Below, in pieces: positions 13,041 to 26,128 of a stretch of 64,000 bases of DNA. This DNA is from Dipteris shenzhenensis. Its lineage: Eukaryota. The notes beneath the pieces are model-generated. The model searched no databases and was not told where the DNA came from. It saw only the letters and a program-made list of their open reading frames with translations. Within the stretch, counting starts at the first letter, position 1, and every line of letters starts with the position of its first letter. The position numbers and the translations under genes were made by a program. The stretch lies in NCBI GenBank assembly GCA_047967505.1, contig CM106538.1, one strand, 5' to 3'.

Positions 13041-13387
13041 CCCATCACTCCAGCTAACGCTTAAGGCGTTAGCTGTAGGCCAATGCAAATAATGAAAATA
13101 ACAAAAGGGAAAAATAGGAAGCACTTTCTTACCTAGAAAAGCCTCGAACCGTGTTTCGTGGCCTGGCCCTACAAAAAAGAGAAAACATACCATTTTTTCA
13201 GATAACTAGTTAGAGGAAGGAGGAGTTTGGAGAAGCAACTTTTCAAAGGGATTGGATGAGTTTAGAGAAGCCTACAAACAAGGAGAAAGCATAAGTCTAT
13301 AAACAAGGAGAAAGAGGAGGAAGAGAAATACCAAAAAGAGAATTAGTGTAATTGGCACAAGGTCTTACAGGTATTCTAAGTATGCAC

Positions 13388-16300
13388 CTGCTCACAATGC
13401 TCGGGAAGAACAAAAGTATCACTTTCATCGGTCCAATGTTTGGTGGAGTCTATTGCAAAGAGACCGCTACTATCTTTTCTCACTGTCGTATGGGGACCGT
13501 TGTAATTATAAGTAGTTCTAAACCATTTTACATCAAGAATGAAAATAGTAAATCGTCTGAAATCAATTTCATAGATGTCGCGTATGGTTCCACAATAATC
13601 CAACTGTGAGGAGAGAAGATTGATATCCGAAGCACTTGCTCAGCTATCTTGTGTGAAGTTAGCCATGACTCCACAATCATACGTGACTCTCTTTGAATCG
13701 ATGCATTCCATGCGAAAATGTCGTCCATATGACCATAATGCACTGTACTTTTTGTACTGTAAAAGAGCATCATTAAAACAATGAAGATGCACCTATTTTA
13801 TAGCATATATTGCCACAAATAATTACTTAATTACGTCAAGAGATAAGAAACTTACATGCACCATACATCTAGATGATAACTCCCACTCGCGCTCGTTTGT
13901 TGTCTCTCCATCACGTTCGGCTTTACGTATAGCCAGTTGTAGCCAATCAAGTGACATGTGAGTAGGGAGAAGAGCCAGATCTCGTGGATATGGTTGTGAT
14001 CGCCTGTACATTACTCTGAATCTCGTCCTTGCATTTATTCTTTCTGCTTTGGCCACTTCATATCTCTCAATCCACTTCTGCATCTCAGGGCTATTGAGGA
14101 TACAAAACTTATTGAATTTCTCCATTTGCTCTTCGCTCATCTTTCTTTCAATCCCTTTTCCTTGGGGGACCTCGCCAATGATGCGATCATCATCCTTGTT
14201 GTGCCAAGCTTGCGGCATATCAGGATCTGTGGATGCAAGAAACTCTGTGATATATACTAATGACTCTTGCACAAGCCATCCCTCTACCATGCTTGCTTCT
14301 GGTCTTGCTCTTTGTCTTACAAACCCCTTTAAAGTTTTCATAAACTGCTCGAGAAAAAACATCCATCGATTATGAACGGTACCTGCTATAGCCACCTCAT
14401 CAACTATGTGCACAAGCAAGTGGACTTGAGTTGTCATAATGCTTGAGGGAAAGTGCTTCTCAAGCAAGCATACGGCTTCGATGGATTCCACCCTAGCCTT
14501 CTCGATGCTCAATATAGAGATCTCTTTTTGAGATATCCACCTATTTCACATGTCCATGCATATGTAAGATATTTGAGATATCCACCTATTTCACATGTCC
14601 ATGAAGAAAATACATAATGCAAATTGATAGTAAGCATACCTCACAATACCACAGATCTTGAATATAGCATTTCTAACATCTTCTTGTAAGCACCCTTTTA
14701 TTGTAATTGGAAGGATGAACTATCAAAGCAACAATGAAATCATGTCAACAATATAACATAATAATAATTACGCTAATGCATCACTATTATCGGTACACTA
14801 ATTCTACTTAGAATACCTGTAAGACCTTGTGCCAATCATGGGACTTGAGGCCACTAAGCTTATTGTCCTTTGAAAATGCTCCTTTCAAGCAACGCATGTA
14901 CCCTGTCGGTGTTTGAAAAGAGGCAATGTCTGCCTTGATCGCTGCCTCCTCCCTCGTAGAGAGGATCCACGTTGCTTTCGGGAGGACAACTTTTCCCGAA
15001 GCATGCACTTGGGGCCACAAACGAGACATCCTATTCATAGCACGTAAGTCTTCTCGCACTCCTCTCCAGTCCTTGGAACCAACCAAGTGTGCCCAAATGG
15101 TAGCCCCCACATTCTTGAAGATATGCATGGGATCCAAGAGATGATTGATTTGTAACTGACCCCAATAAGGAAGCTCGTGAAAGATCGATAGCCTCTTCAT
15201 ACCAGGAGGAGGTTCCTCTCCATTCTCCCTCCAAGCTTGAATCCAATCACTTGCCTTCAAATATGATGGTGGTGGATCAAGCTGACCTCCACGTGCGAGA
15301 TGGTCGAGCGGAAGGTATCGAGCATGACCTTCATAAACATTTTTCCTCATATGTTTGGAGTAGCGTGCAAGCGATTTCAGAGCGGGTCCACAAATAGTTG
15401 AAGCATGGTACCCACTTGTAACAAGTCCTGCACTCATGCATGAATATGTTAGTACAAGACATGCGTGCAAAAGAGTAAAAAAAGCATAATCCCTCATTGT
15501 ACATGTAAAGACATAACCACGTACCTGCACACTCTCCATATCCTGGGTAGTCATGCATGGTCCACATCAAGATACCCCTGACCAAAATATCATTGGTATG
15601 CCTAGGAGCTCTGGAAATATCAAAGACCTGCACTCCTCTCCATAATATCTGTAACTCCTCTATCAAAGGTGCCATGTACACGTCCATGTTTTTTGCCTTT
15701 TACTTTGCTGGCACAAGTAGTGCAAGCATGAGGTGTCCCTTTTTTATTGTTAGCCATGGTGGGATATTGTAATTCACCACGACTATGGGCCATGTCGACC
15801 AAGATGTCGAGCGTAACCCCAAAGGATTCACGCCGTCCATGGCTAGCCCAAGATGTAAGTTGCATGGCTCTCTCACAAAGTTCGGCCACTGATTATCTAT
15901 GTGCTTCCAAGCTGCACAATCTGCGGGAATCCTCAATGTGTGATCAGTGGACCGATGAGATGCATGCCATGTCATCAACTCCGCTATGGATTTGCATCGA
16001 AACATGTGTTGTATTCTTGCAATGATGGGAAAGTGTCTTAAGACCTTTACCGGTATCTGATCACCCTGCAAGTCATCTCTATATCGTTGTTCCCCACACT
16101 TTGGACAACTAGCCAAATCTCCATGCTCACGACGAAAGAGAATACAATCATTACGGCAAGCATGGATGGTATCATAATCCATACCCACCATTGTTAGCAT
16201 CTTTTTCGCTTCATCTCTTGATGCGGGCATGGTATTTGGTGCAGGCAACATCTTCTGGAGCAACCTATGACAAAGACACTATCCAAATGATGATTCTCAA

Positions 16301-16919
16301 AACAAACAATATCCAAATAATGAGTCAAATTAATGCAAGGGATAACCTCATTAAGGCCGAGACACTTGTATCAGACCACCCATACTGTACTTGTAGATTC
16401 AAGATTCAGAGACAAGCACGTAGTTTAGACATCCTAGCGCCCTCATACAATTGTGTTGATTGCAACTCTCGCATTTTGACCTCAGATTCTGACATCACAT
16501 GTACGTGGGATGTAGTGCCCCTAAAAATGGAATCCATCATGTCGACCATACCCTTGTCGTCATCCGGGAGACTATAGTCTTGTTGAAAGTGAGAAGGTAT
16601 ATGTGTACTCTCGTCACCCTCCTCATCCTGTCATAAGCTCATTCGTGTAAATATAAGATCTTCTATTTCCTGGTATACAATAAGATTGCGAACTTAAATA
16701 GCTTTGACTTACCGATGATCCATCAACATGTGCAACACCAACGGGGGGTACTGGTTCCGGCTCCTCCCCATACATCCGCAAGTGGTGCATGATAATACGA
16801 CGTTGATGTCGTACTTCTCGCTTGCAATGAGTGCAATGATAGTATAACCTCTCCGTAAGCCACTTCGTGCTCCCGGGCATTGGCGCATCATCGGATGAGC
16901 TTCCACTCGTCCCTTCCAT
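13388..16919 (-). pseudogene. CACTA/EnSpm (TnpD/Tnp2-like) transposase family B, near-complete 7-exon pseudogene
   Basis: Exons approximately 16919-16713, 16628-16347, 16264-15525, 15427-14817, 14719-14640, 14540-13856, 13792-13388, all GT-AG. Motifs: CPKCGEQRY, MTWH, GLAMDGVNP, WPIVVVNYNIPPW, MHDYPG, LDPMHIFKNV, GLKSHDWH, VHNRWMFFLEQFM, YCGTI. In-frame TAA at 15700-15702; last exon lost. Confidence 0.92.
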
Positions 16920-17019
16920 CTACACTTATAAAATCACAACATAAGCATGAAGAGGAGATATTGACGATTATAAGCATAGCATGTTTAATTTGAGCTTCTC
17001 TTGAGGCCATATAAAAGAA

Positions 17020-17255
17020 TGACGTCGCTATATAGTAAGGATTGAAACTAAAAATCCTATATAGTAAGGCTATATAGTAAGAGGAGATATTGACAATTAT
17101 AAGCATAGCATGTTTGAGCTTCACTTGAGGCCATATAAAAAAAATGAACAGTAAGCGTCGCTATATAGCGGCGCTCTGTTCCGTCGCTATATAGCGACGT
17201 TTTTAATTAAAAACATCGTTATATAGCGACGAATAAGCGTCGCTATATAGCGATG
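17020..17255. repeat. Palindromic CGTCGCTATATAGCGACG repeat cluster (CACTA subterminal-type)
   Basis: At least 5 TCGCTATATAG(CG) copies upstream of the transposase. Same motif at 26225-26362 and 30292-30452. Confidence 0.75.
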
Positions 17256-17944
17256 CTGTGGGTTAAGACCCGAAACGCCGAAATGTGTGGCGTTTTGCTC
17301 AATCCATTCCCTAATCTCTCAAGTAAGCAACCCAAAATCTCCTCCCACCTATTTTCGACGACCTCCCATCTATTCCAAGCAACCTCCCACTCTATTTTCC
17401 ACTCCTCACCCTTCTCCTACCTCTTGTACTCCCTCTCTCTCCTTTTCCCTCTTTGGTTTCCTGAAAGAAAGTTCTTCAAGAGGTGAATTTGTTTCAACAA
17501 TGTAGGTTGTTTGTTTGTTAGCTTTAGTTTTGTGAGTGTTTCTACTTGTATTGCTAAACCTGTAAACTAGTTTTCATGCTTGATTTGAAAGGATTGAAAC
17601 AAAAAACGAGATTTCAAGAAAGAAAGAAAGAAAACTCACCTCTTTTTTCTGTATTTCTCTTCCTTCTCTTTCTCCTTGTCTCCTCAATCTCCTTCTTTCC
17701 TTGTCTCCTCAATCTCCTCCCTTCAAGAAGTTGCTTTTGTAATCTCCTCTTTCCACTAACATCTTATTTGAAAAAATGGGTTGTTTTCTCTCTTTTGTAG
17801 GGCCAGTCCACTACACCGAGCGGGACATACTCTCTCTTTTGTAGGGCCAGTCCACTACACCGAGTGGGACATACTTTTACAGGTAAGTGCTTCCTCTTCT
17901 TTCCATTTATTATTTTTGTTATTTGCATTGGCCTGCAGCTAGCG

Positions 17945-18730
17945 TTCAGTGTCTGGCACTCTTGATTTCCATTCCATCAGGAGCAAAGGTGAGTCTCACC
18001 CGGCAATCTTTTCTCGACGGTTTGCTCAGGGGGTCACTCATCATATGTAACCCTATCACGTGAGTTCAACAGAAGGATATTTTTTATTTCTAAAATTTAC
18101 AGAAATAAATATACATAAGGGACTATTTAAAATAGTTTTGGAAAAAATTTACAAATTTGTATAGAAAAGGGGTACATTTTATTAATGAAAAATTTTACAA
18201 ATAAGGGATTTTAAATATAGGCCTTGAACGCACGTGATATAGAGGTTTTATACATAGTGACCCCCTTGAGACAGTTTGCATGTTTCTTCTCCGCATGCAT
18301 TGATGATGACTCGAGAGGGTTCACCATGATACCATGGGCCGATCCATGGGCACAGCGAGTGCTTTCTCCCTTCCAGCCTTGGGAGGAGGTACATGATGAT
18401 CAAGATGCGGGATTCAGTTCCTCTAGAGATTATGACCATCTTACAGATACGTTGTGTATTGGTGATATCTTCGCGGTCATTGCTTCGGAGGGCAATCAGG
18501 AGGGTGTGGATTATTACTTGTTGAGATGCTCTATGGCGAAGAGTGTGCTGAATGAGGATACAGTGGATGGGCATGGGATGCACTTCGATGCTCATAGCAT
18601 GATCGTAGGTGGCCACTATTTTCAGTAGATACAGAGGCGTGGTCGTTAAATTGAGTTCCAGGAGTACATGGCAGATCAGGAGGCATACTGCATGTATTCT
18701 AGCACATTACATATCATAGTTTTGGGATCA
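17945..18730 (+). pseudogene. Sola2-like transposase pseudogene, 3' segment interrupted by a MITE
   Basis: SVSGTLDFHSIR...FACFFSACIDDD...GVDYYLLRC...IVGGHYFQ. Near-identical to 36317-36850. Confidence 0.7.
18025..18270. mobile_element. 246-bp MITE with imperfect ~45-bp TIRs and 8-bp TSD (hAT-like)
   Basis: Ends CTCAGGGGGTCACT... and ...AGTGACCCCCTTGAG. TSD ACGGTTTG / ACAGTTTG. AT-rich core. Empty site at ~36388-36395. Confidence 0.88.
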
Positions 18731-19029
18731 TCAGTTGATCAGATAGATTTTTCTTGAGTATCAGTAGTTGATTACATATTTTTGTATTCGATATGTATAG
18801 GCTCATTGTGTGACCGTACCATTGTAATTTTCATGGACTCATATTTTGTATTTCACTATGATGGTTTTATACACATTCATACACATCATTGTATTAGATT
18901 CTATTTTATACATGATCTCCATTGTCTTCTCAATGGGATTTGTTATTTCTGTAAAACAAAAAATTGTTTATTAGTACTTATGTTGTAATTGTGTTTTGTG
19001 CTTTAGGACATTTTAAAAATGTGACTAAG

Positions 19030-21360
19030 AAAATTCGTGCACGTACTAACCAAATACACATGTGGACTTATTTGTTAGGGATGAAACTCTGCATGGCTCT
19101 TAAGGTATCCTAGACCTACATCCATGCAAGATCTGGTCTCCATATGATTTGGTATGTGCCACATGGAAGGTATAATGCATACATTTTTACAAGCACTCCC
19201 TACTAGTGACTATGTATGGAAAATGGTGCACAAACTAACCAAATACACATGTGGACTTATCTATTGGGGATAAACTTCGCACGGCTCTTAGGCTACCCTA
19301 GACCTACATCCATGCAAGATTTGGTCTCCAATTAATTTGGTATGTGCCACCTGGAAGGTATAATGCGTACATTTTTGCAAGCACTCCCTACTAGTGACTA
19401 CATATGGAAAATAGCGCACGTACTAACCAAATATACATGTGGACTTATTTGTTGAAGATGAAGCTTTGCACCACTCTTAGGCTACCTTAGACCTACATCC
19501 ATGCAAGATTTGGTCTCCAACTGATTTGGTATGTGCCACGTGGAAGCTATAATGCATACATTTTTGCATGCACTCACTACTAGTGATGACTACGTATGAA
19601 AAATGGCGCACGTACTAAACAAATATGCATGTGGACTTATTTGTTGGAGATAAAACTTTGCACCACTCTTAGGCTACTTTAGACCTACATCCATGCAAGA
19701 TTTGGTCTCCAATTAATTTGATATGTGCCATGTGGAAGGTATAATGCGTACATTTTTGCAAGCACTCCCTACTAGTGACTACATATGGAAAATGGCGCAC
19801 GTACTAACCAAATATACATGTGGACTTATTTGTTGGAGATGAAACTTTGCACCACTCTTAGGCTACCTTAGACCTACATCCATGTAAGATTTGGTCTCCA
19901 ACTGATTTGGTATGTGCCACGTGGAAGGTATAATGCATACATTTTTGCATGCACTCACTACTAGTGATGACTACGTATGAAAAATGGCGCATGTACTAAA
20001 CAAATACGCATGTGGACTCATTTGTTGGGGATGAAACTTTGCACGGCTCTTAGGCTACCCTAGACCTACATCCATGCAAGATTTTGATTTGGTATGTGCC
20101 ACATGGAAGGTAGAATGCGTACATTTTTACAATCCCTACTAGTGACTATATATGAAAAATGGAGCATGCACTAACCAAATACGCATGTGGACATATCTGT
20201 TGGGGATGAAACTTTGCACAGCTCTTAGGCTACCCTAGACCTACATCCATGCAAGATTTGGTCTCTAACTGATTTGGTATGTGCCACATGGAAGGTATAA
20301 TGTGTACATTTTTACAATCCCTACTAGTGACAGCTATGTATGAAAAAAGGCACATGTACTAACCAAATATGCATGTGGACTTATCTATTGGGAATGAAAC
20401 TTTGCATGGCTCTTACGCTACCCTAGACCTACATCCATGCAAGATTTGGTCTCCAACTGATTTGGTATGTGCCACGTGGGAGGTATAATGTGTACATTTT
20501 TACAATCCCTACTGGTAACTACATATAAAAAATGGTGCACATACTAACCAAATACGCATCTGGACTTATCTATTGGGGATGAAACTTTGCCTAGCACTTA
20601 GGCTACCTTAGACCTACATCCTTGCAAGATTTCATCTCCAAATGATTTGGTATGTACCACGTGGAAGGTATAATGCATACATTTTTACATGCACTCACTA
20701 CTAGTGACTAGGTATGAAAAATGGCGCACGTACTAACCAAATACACATGTGGACTTATTTGTTGGGGACGAAACTTTGCACGGCTCTTAGGCTACCCTAG
20801 ACCTACATCGATGCAAGATTTGGTCTCCAACTGATTTGGCATGTGCCATGTGGAAGGTATAATGTGTACATTTTTACAATCCCTACGAGTGACTACGTAT
20901 GAAAAATAGCGCATGCACTAACCAAATATGCATGTGGACTTATCTGTTGGGGATGAAACTTTGCACGGCTCTTAGGCTACCCTAGCCCTACATCCATGCA
21001 AGATTTGGTCTCCAACTGATTTGGTATGTGCCACGTGGAAGGTATAATGTGTACATTTTTACAATCCCTACTAGTAACTACGATGACGACTACGTATGAA
21101 AAATGGCCCACGTACTAACCAAATACGCATGTGGACTTATCTGTTGGGGATGAAACTTTGCATGGCTCTTAGGCTACCCTAGACATACATCCATGCAAGA
21201 TTTGGTTACCAAATCGATTTCGTATGTCTCGTGTGGAAGGTATAATGCATACATTTTTGCATGCACTCCCTACTAGTGACTACATATGAAAAATGGCAAA
21301 CATACTAATCAAATACGCCGATGGACTTATCTGTTGTGCATGAAACTTTGCACAGCTCTT
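19030..21360. repeat. ~188-bp tandem satellite, ~12 copies
   Basis: ACTAA(C/A/T)CAAATA recurs at ~19045, 19234, 19422, 19614, 19804, 19995, 20170, 20358, 20543, 20732, 20917, 21114, 21303. Confidence 0.95.
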
Positions 21361-22159
21361 AATTGAAAAAATTCTATGATTTGTATGTTGCATATTTGAT
21401 GAAACTAATTTTGCAAGATGTTTTATGAATCGTTGGATAATAGCATTGCATTATTCACAATTTCACTTCATAGTATCAGTCATGACAATCATGCAACCCA
21501 TATCCCAATGCATCCATGTTAAATACTTCGACAATTGCATAATAATAATTTGACATAATATGTCGCTTGATATAGCATTGAATTATTTAAACATCTACAT
21601 TAGTTACTTCAATTGCACATGTTTTGTGAAGTGTGTGATAATATCATTGCATTATTTACAATTTCACTTCAAAGTATGACAATTCCATGTAAAGCCCTTC
21701 AACCTCTTCACAATAATACTTTGACAAAATGTGTTGTTATAAGCATCAACACATTATTATACATTTCAAGTTATAAGCTGTTCGTATTCGTGTCTTGGAG
21801 TTCGCATCTTCGGAAACATTACTATTACAATAAATGAGCCCCCAAAAAAAAGGAGCCAATAGATGGCAATATCCATATAAGGTGTAGATAGGCAAAAATT
21901 GAAGCTAATAGATAGGTAAAACTGAAGCCAATGGGTGTGGCATGCCAAAAAAGATTTACACAAAGGTTTTTACATAACAACCCGTCTTGCAATAGGAGGC
22001 GGTTGGTGGGTGTCTTGGGCCCCTAGCAAGATATGTAGTCCATGTTGGTACCGGACCACGAAGCCTCCGCAGATAACGGTAAGCTTTCTAGCAGCATGTT
22101 GGCGATGATCAACATCCACAACAAGAAAAAGCATCCACAGATGCATTTTCTTAACTAAA

Positions 22160-22330
22160 AATAAATAAATTACGGGTGCGTCTATTTGGGCATCTACAGA
22201 CCCGCATCTATAGGCGCGTTTATACAACAAAGAAACGTGCCTATAGATGAGCTTTTAGACACTCTATAGAAATTTAAAAAAAAACAAAAAGACAGATACA
22301 TAGATGCGCTTATAGACTCTCTATAGAATC
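22160..22330. repeat. TCTATAG-type repeat cluster related to 5460-5590
   Basis: Multiple CTATAGA/TCTATAG motifs and AATTACGGGTGCGTCTA. Confidence 0.45.
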
Positions 22331-22831
22331 TTTTCTTTAAAATCAAAGCAGAATTTTGTGTGGGTTAATAGAATGTTGTGTATGTTGTGTATGCTATGTG
22401 GTTACAAGAATCCCATTTCCACATTATGCAATTCAATTCTTATAGCCAACTGCATTTTAATTAGCACGATTCCAAGCACGTCTATAGCCAACGATTACAA
22501 TTCTGAATAAAACATTACAACTCCAAAACATTTAGTTCACAAGGCATTCATTGATAGAATGTTACACAAGGAAATTGAAAGCCAAAAAAATAATAGGAGT
22601 ATATATTAATTCATAGCACAAAAAGTGCTTGTATGTACATATAGCATGAAGCCAAGCCAGGTCCTATGGCTTCAAGTACAAAAATTAAGAGGAGTGTAGA
22701 TATAAGAGAGGCATGAAGCCAAGCCAATGGCTTCAAGTACAAAAAAGAGTACCAAGCACTACTTTATGACTAAATCAGTCGCAAGTGACTATGGCAACGT
22801 ATGAGAGTAAATCAAAATAATGTGTTGTAGA

Positions 22832-22833
<2 letters not shown>

Positions 22834-22875
<42 letters not shown>

Positions 22876-22979
22876 ATGTGTGTGTCTGTGCACGCACGTG
22901 CATGCGTGTGTGCATGCATGTGCGTGTGCATGCGTGCACTTGCATGTGTAACTGCATGCGTGTGTGCATGTGTGCATGC

Positions 22980-23012
<33 letters not shown>
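22834..23012. repeat. Compound (TG)n/(TGCA)n/(GA)n microsatellite
   Basis: Visible directly. Paralogue at 38577-38750 has different repeat numbers. Confidence 0.95.
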
Positions 23013-23013
<1 letters not shown>

Positions 23014-25519
23014 TTGACAACTATAAATTGGCATGCATATCAATAAGAAAACTTATAAGAACTTTAGAGGCCATTACCCAAGAGTCAGCAGACATTTTAG
23101 AGAACACCTCGATAATAAGAGTTTGAGTTCCACAACAGCAAGATGGCTACAGATACGCTTAGAGAAAGGCCCTAAATGCCCAATCGTTATTGCATACAAT
23201 TTTTAATTTGCCCTCATAAAATGTATGTATCAACTGCTTTTCATGATATATATAACTTTCATTTCTCATTCTACAAGATCTTACTTTATATTTTGCATTT
23301 TTTGTAGATTCCACGATTAAGCGACTACTTTGACTTGGGTGTGGAGCTGTTCAAACAATAGTGCGTTGAAGATATTATCAACAACATCCAGAATTAGCCA
23401 ATCGATGCCCCTATTGATTGGGTTCCCCCTGCTCCACAAGTGTGGAGACCACCGCCTCCTCCATTCAATTTCGAAAGGGAATTTGTTCATGATTTTGTAT
23501 AAGTACCTCCTCACTAGTCTCTACCAACCATGTGTTTAGAGAGGATTACTTTATTTTTTTATTTCATATGTTTCATCGTAACTTCAATTGTTAAGTTTTT
23601 TAAACAAAGTGAATAGGTGCCCACGTGAGTTTTCAGCGGTACTAGATTAAATGGGAAAAACAAGGGCTAACGTTGACCGAAGAATTTAAATATTAAGGTG
23701 GCGCATTCTGATGTTTTGTCGCTGTGTGAATCTTCCACAAAAACACGTACTTCATTAATTTTGGACCGAGCAATGTCCAAATTAATGTTTCTTGGAGCAA
23801 ACATTGCTATTTCTAATTCAATTATGATTCATAGGGCCAATAATGTGATGTAGAGCATTGCGTTTCATTTGCTTTCTCTTCACCACGGTGAAATAGAATA
23901 TCCACATATCAAAATAAATACAGAATGTCACACAAGGCCGATGATTTACGTAAGTGCAAATCCCGATTCTCTCATACGATGATTTACGCAAGTGCAAATC
24001 CTGATGTGCACAGGCCCTAATCGTCTCCATCCTCTCCCTTTCCTTCTCCATCTTCTCCCTTTCCCTCTCACATCCCCTCCTTCCTTCTGCCTCTTTTATT
24101 GTTGGCAATATCTCGTGAATATGGGATATGTATATTTTGCTGTATCAAGTTTCGAAGTCCGAGACTGGACTCTGGAGTAAGTTTACTGCGCGGTGCACCG
24201 AGAAATTGCGAGAATCACAATTGCGCGGCGCATCATATATGTCGTATCAAATGAGACGTGGGACCAGGAGAACAGTTTCAAAAAGATCCATCACTGACAA
24301 GACGTGAATGTGATGTGTCTCTCGCTCGTGTCAAATCTACCACCTTGCATTACGACCTCAGTAGTCAGGTCCTCAGTAGATGGTGTGACGGTAAGCATGA
24401 ACCTTTCATGCGTGGCGTGTTACCCGTGTAAGCGTGAGCCACTGCGCACCACTTAACTAGAATGAAGTGTTTTTGGACTTCAACGTAGCAAGGTAAATTC
24501 TGCTGCCAAACTCAGCAGCAGCCAGAGTGACGCAATTGTTTGAATTACGGACTAAAGACAACTCAAAAGGAAAGAGATCAGACGTTAGGAGAATAAAAGC
24601 CAAATGACGATGCAACAGTGCGTATGTATCCATTGAACGTACATGCGTACAAATAGCCCATCCGGGAGGGAGATGGTTGCAACTGATTTCATGCTTTGAA
24701 TTCGCACACACCCTTTTACAACGTTTCACATCTCCTTCAATCTACTACTAACATAGATGAACATTTATTCTCCTCTATTTAACACAGTTGCGTAATGCTA
24801 CGGTTACACAATACTTCAACAGCAATCAGAATTGTCCCCCCCACACAATGTGCCCCCGGAGTCACGATAATGGCCGGATACTCCCCGAGATAGAGAATCC
24901 TCGGGGTCGGAATGGAGTGATAGAAACTTTAGAGACTGGAGACGAATTCGTCCTGGCAACGGAATGCCCACCCAAAGAAACTCTAAAGGAGACGGAACTC
25001 TCCTGGGAGTCGGATCAAAGCCTTTGGAGTCCAAAACAAGCATTGGACTAGAGTTTAGATAAGTTTAGATAAGCATTGGACTAGATTTTGGAGGCCTTGT
25101 AGCAGGAGCTGGATCTCCGAACCAATGTCTCCCACTGCCTTTTCCCGTACTGCATCCTTGGGTCACCGGTGGATGCATGAAAGGTCCCGGAGTGGAGACA
25201 ACCAGTGGTACTATTGACGACTAACTTTTCAGCACTCTGAAATGGTTTTCATACTCGAAATTCAAATTCGATGCTATCGTGGTCATCAATTCGAAATGCA
25301 AATTCAAAGCTATCACTCTCATCAGATAGTAATAGGGAGCCAAATTTTTGTTTTTTAGCTTACCAAAAATAATTTGGAAGAAAGAAAACTCTGAAAGACA
25401 CTCTTTAGGTGAGTGAGGGATGGTGGTACTAAGGCAATGTTCATCCAAAAAATGGTTCACCAACAAGTTCTTATTTCTCAATATTCAAATGTAGAAAGTC
25501 TAAACCATTTGGAGAATGA

Positions 25520-26128
25520 GGAATGTATTAAGGTAGGTGCAAGTAATCATATGTCTCATGAAGAAGAATGTACTTTTTAAATGCATTCGAATGAGAATTA
25601 AAAGAAAATGTAATCATGTCCCACACAAGATTGAAGAATAAAAAATATCCTGCGTCATAGTGTTGAAAATTTTACATAGAGTATAGGAGATGCTGTATTT
25701 ATTCCATCAATGGTTCAAAGCCTCTTATTAGTTGGCTCTTAGTTGGCCAAATGACTGAAAGGGAATGGTGCTAGATTTTAGAAAATTAGGTTGGACGATT
25801 TGAAAAATGTACAATCCACAGAAATTTATTGCAAACAAGTGTAAAGATTAGATAATATTTTGAACTTTCAGTTCATCCATGCCTATCCAAAGAGACTTGA
25901 TAGCATCTCATCAAAACCATAATCCTTACTTAAGTGCCCTATGGCATTAGAGGTTTGGACACCTCAATTTCAAAACCTTGGTTTCACTCCAGCAAACAAA
26001 CATGGTCTAAAGCCTTTCGTGTTTCATGGGAAATTCACAACATCAATCATTTCCCATTCTTGGTCAAGGAGCATTGACATACTCTAGATCATCCATTCTT
26101 ATGTTTGGAGATATGCATGACCTTTATT
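25520..26128 (+). pseudogene. Degraded Ty1/copia pol remnant (protease, GAG-pre-integrase, start of integrase)
   Basis: GASNHM (~25536), DAVFIP...SLLLVG (~25690), LWH*RFGHLNF (~25938), IIHSYVW (~26088), in copia domain order with stops. Confidence 0.75.

Noticed and set aside
11626-13193. Long F/L/S-rich membrane-like ORFs (also 31974-33518 and 47116-48521)
   Set aside because: Products of CT-rich low-complexity DNA; open in several frames at once with no domain.
23300-23500. Possible Pro-rich exon after a TTTTGTAG acceptor
   Set aside because: Two in-frame stops and no recognisable homology.
23692-24456. Possible TTAA-flanked element (TTAAGGTGGCGCA ... TGCGCACCACTTAA)
   Set aside because: Terminal match is short and gapped, and no empty site is available.
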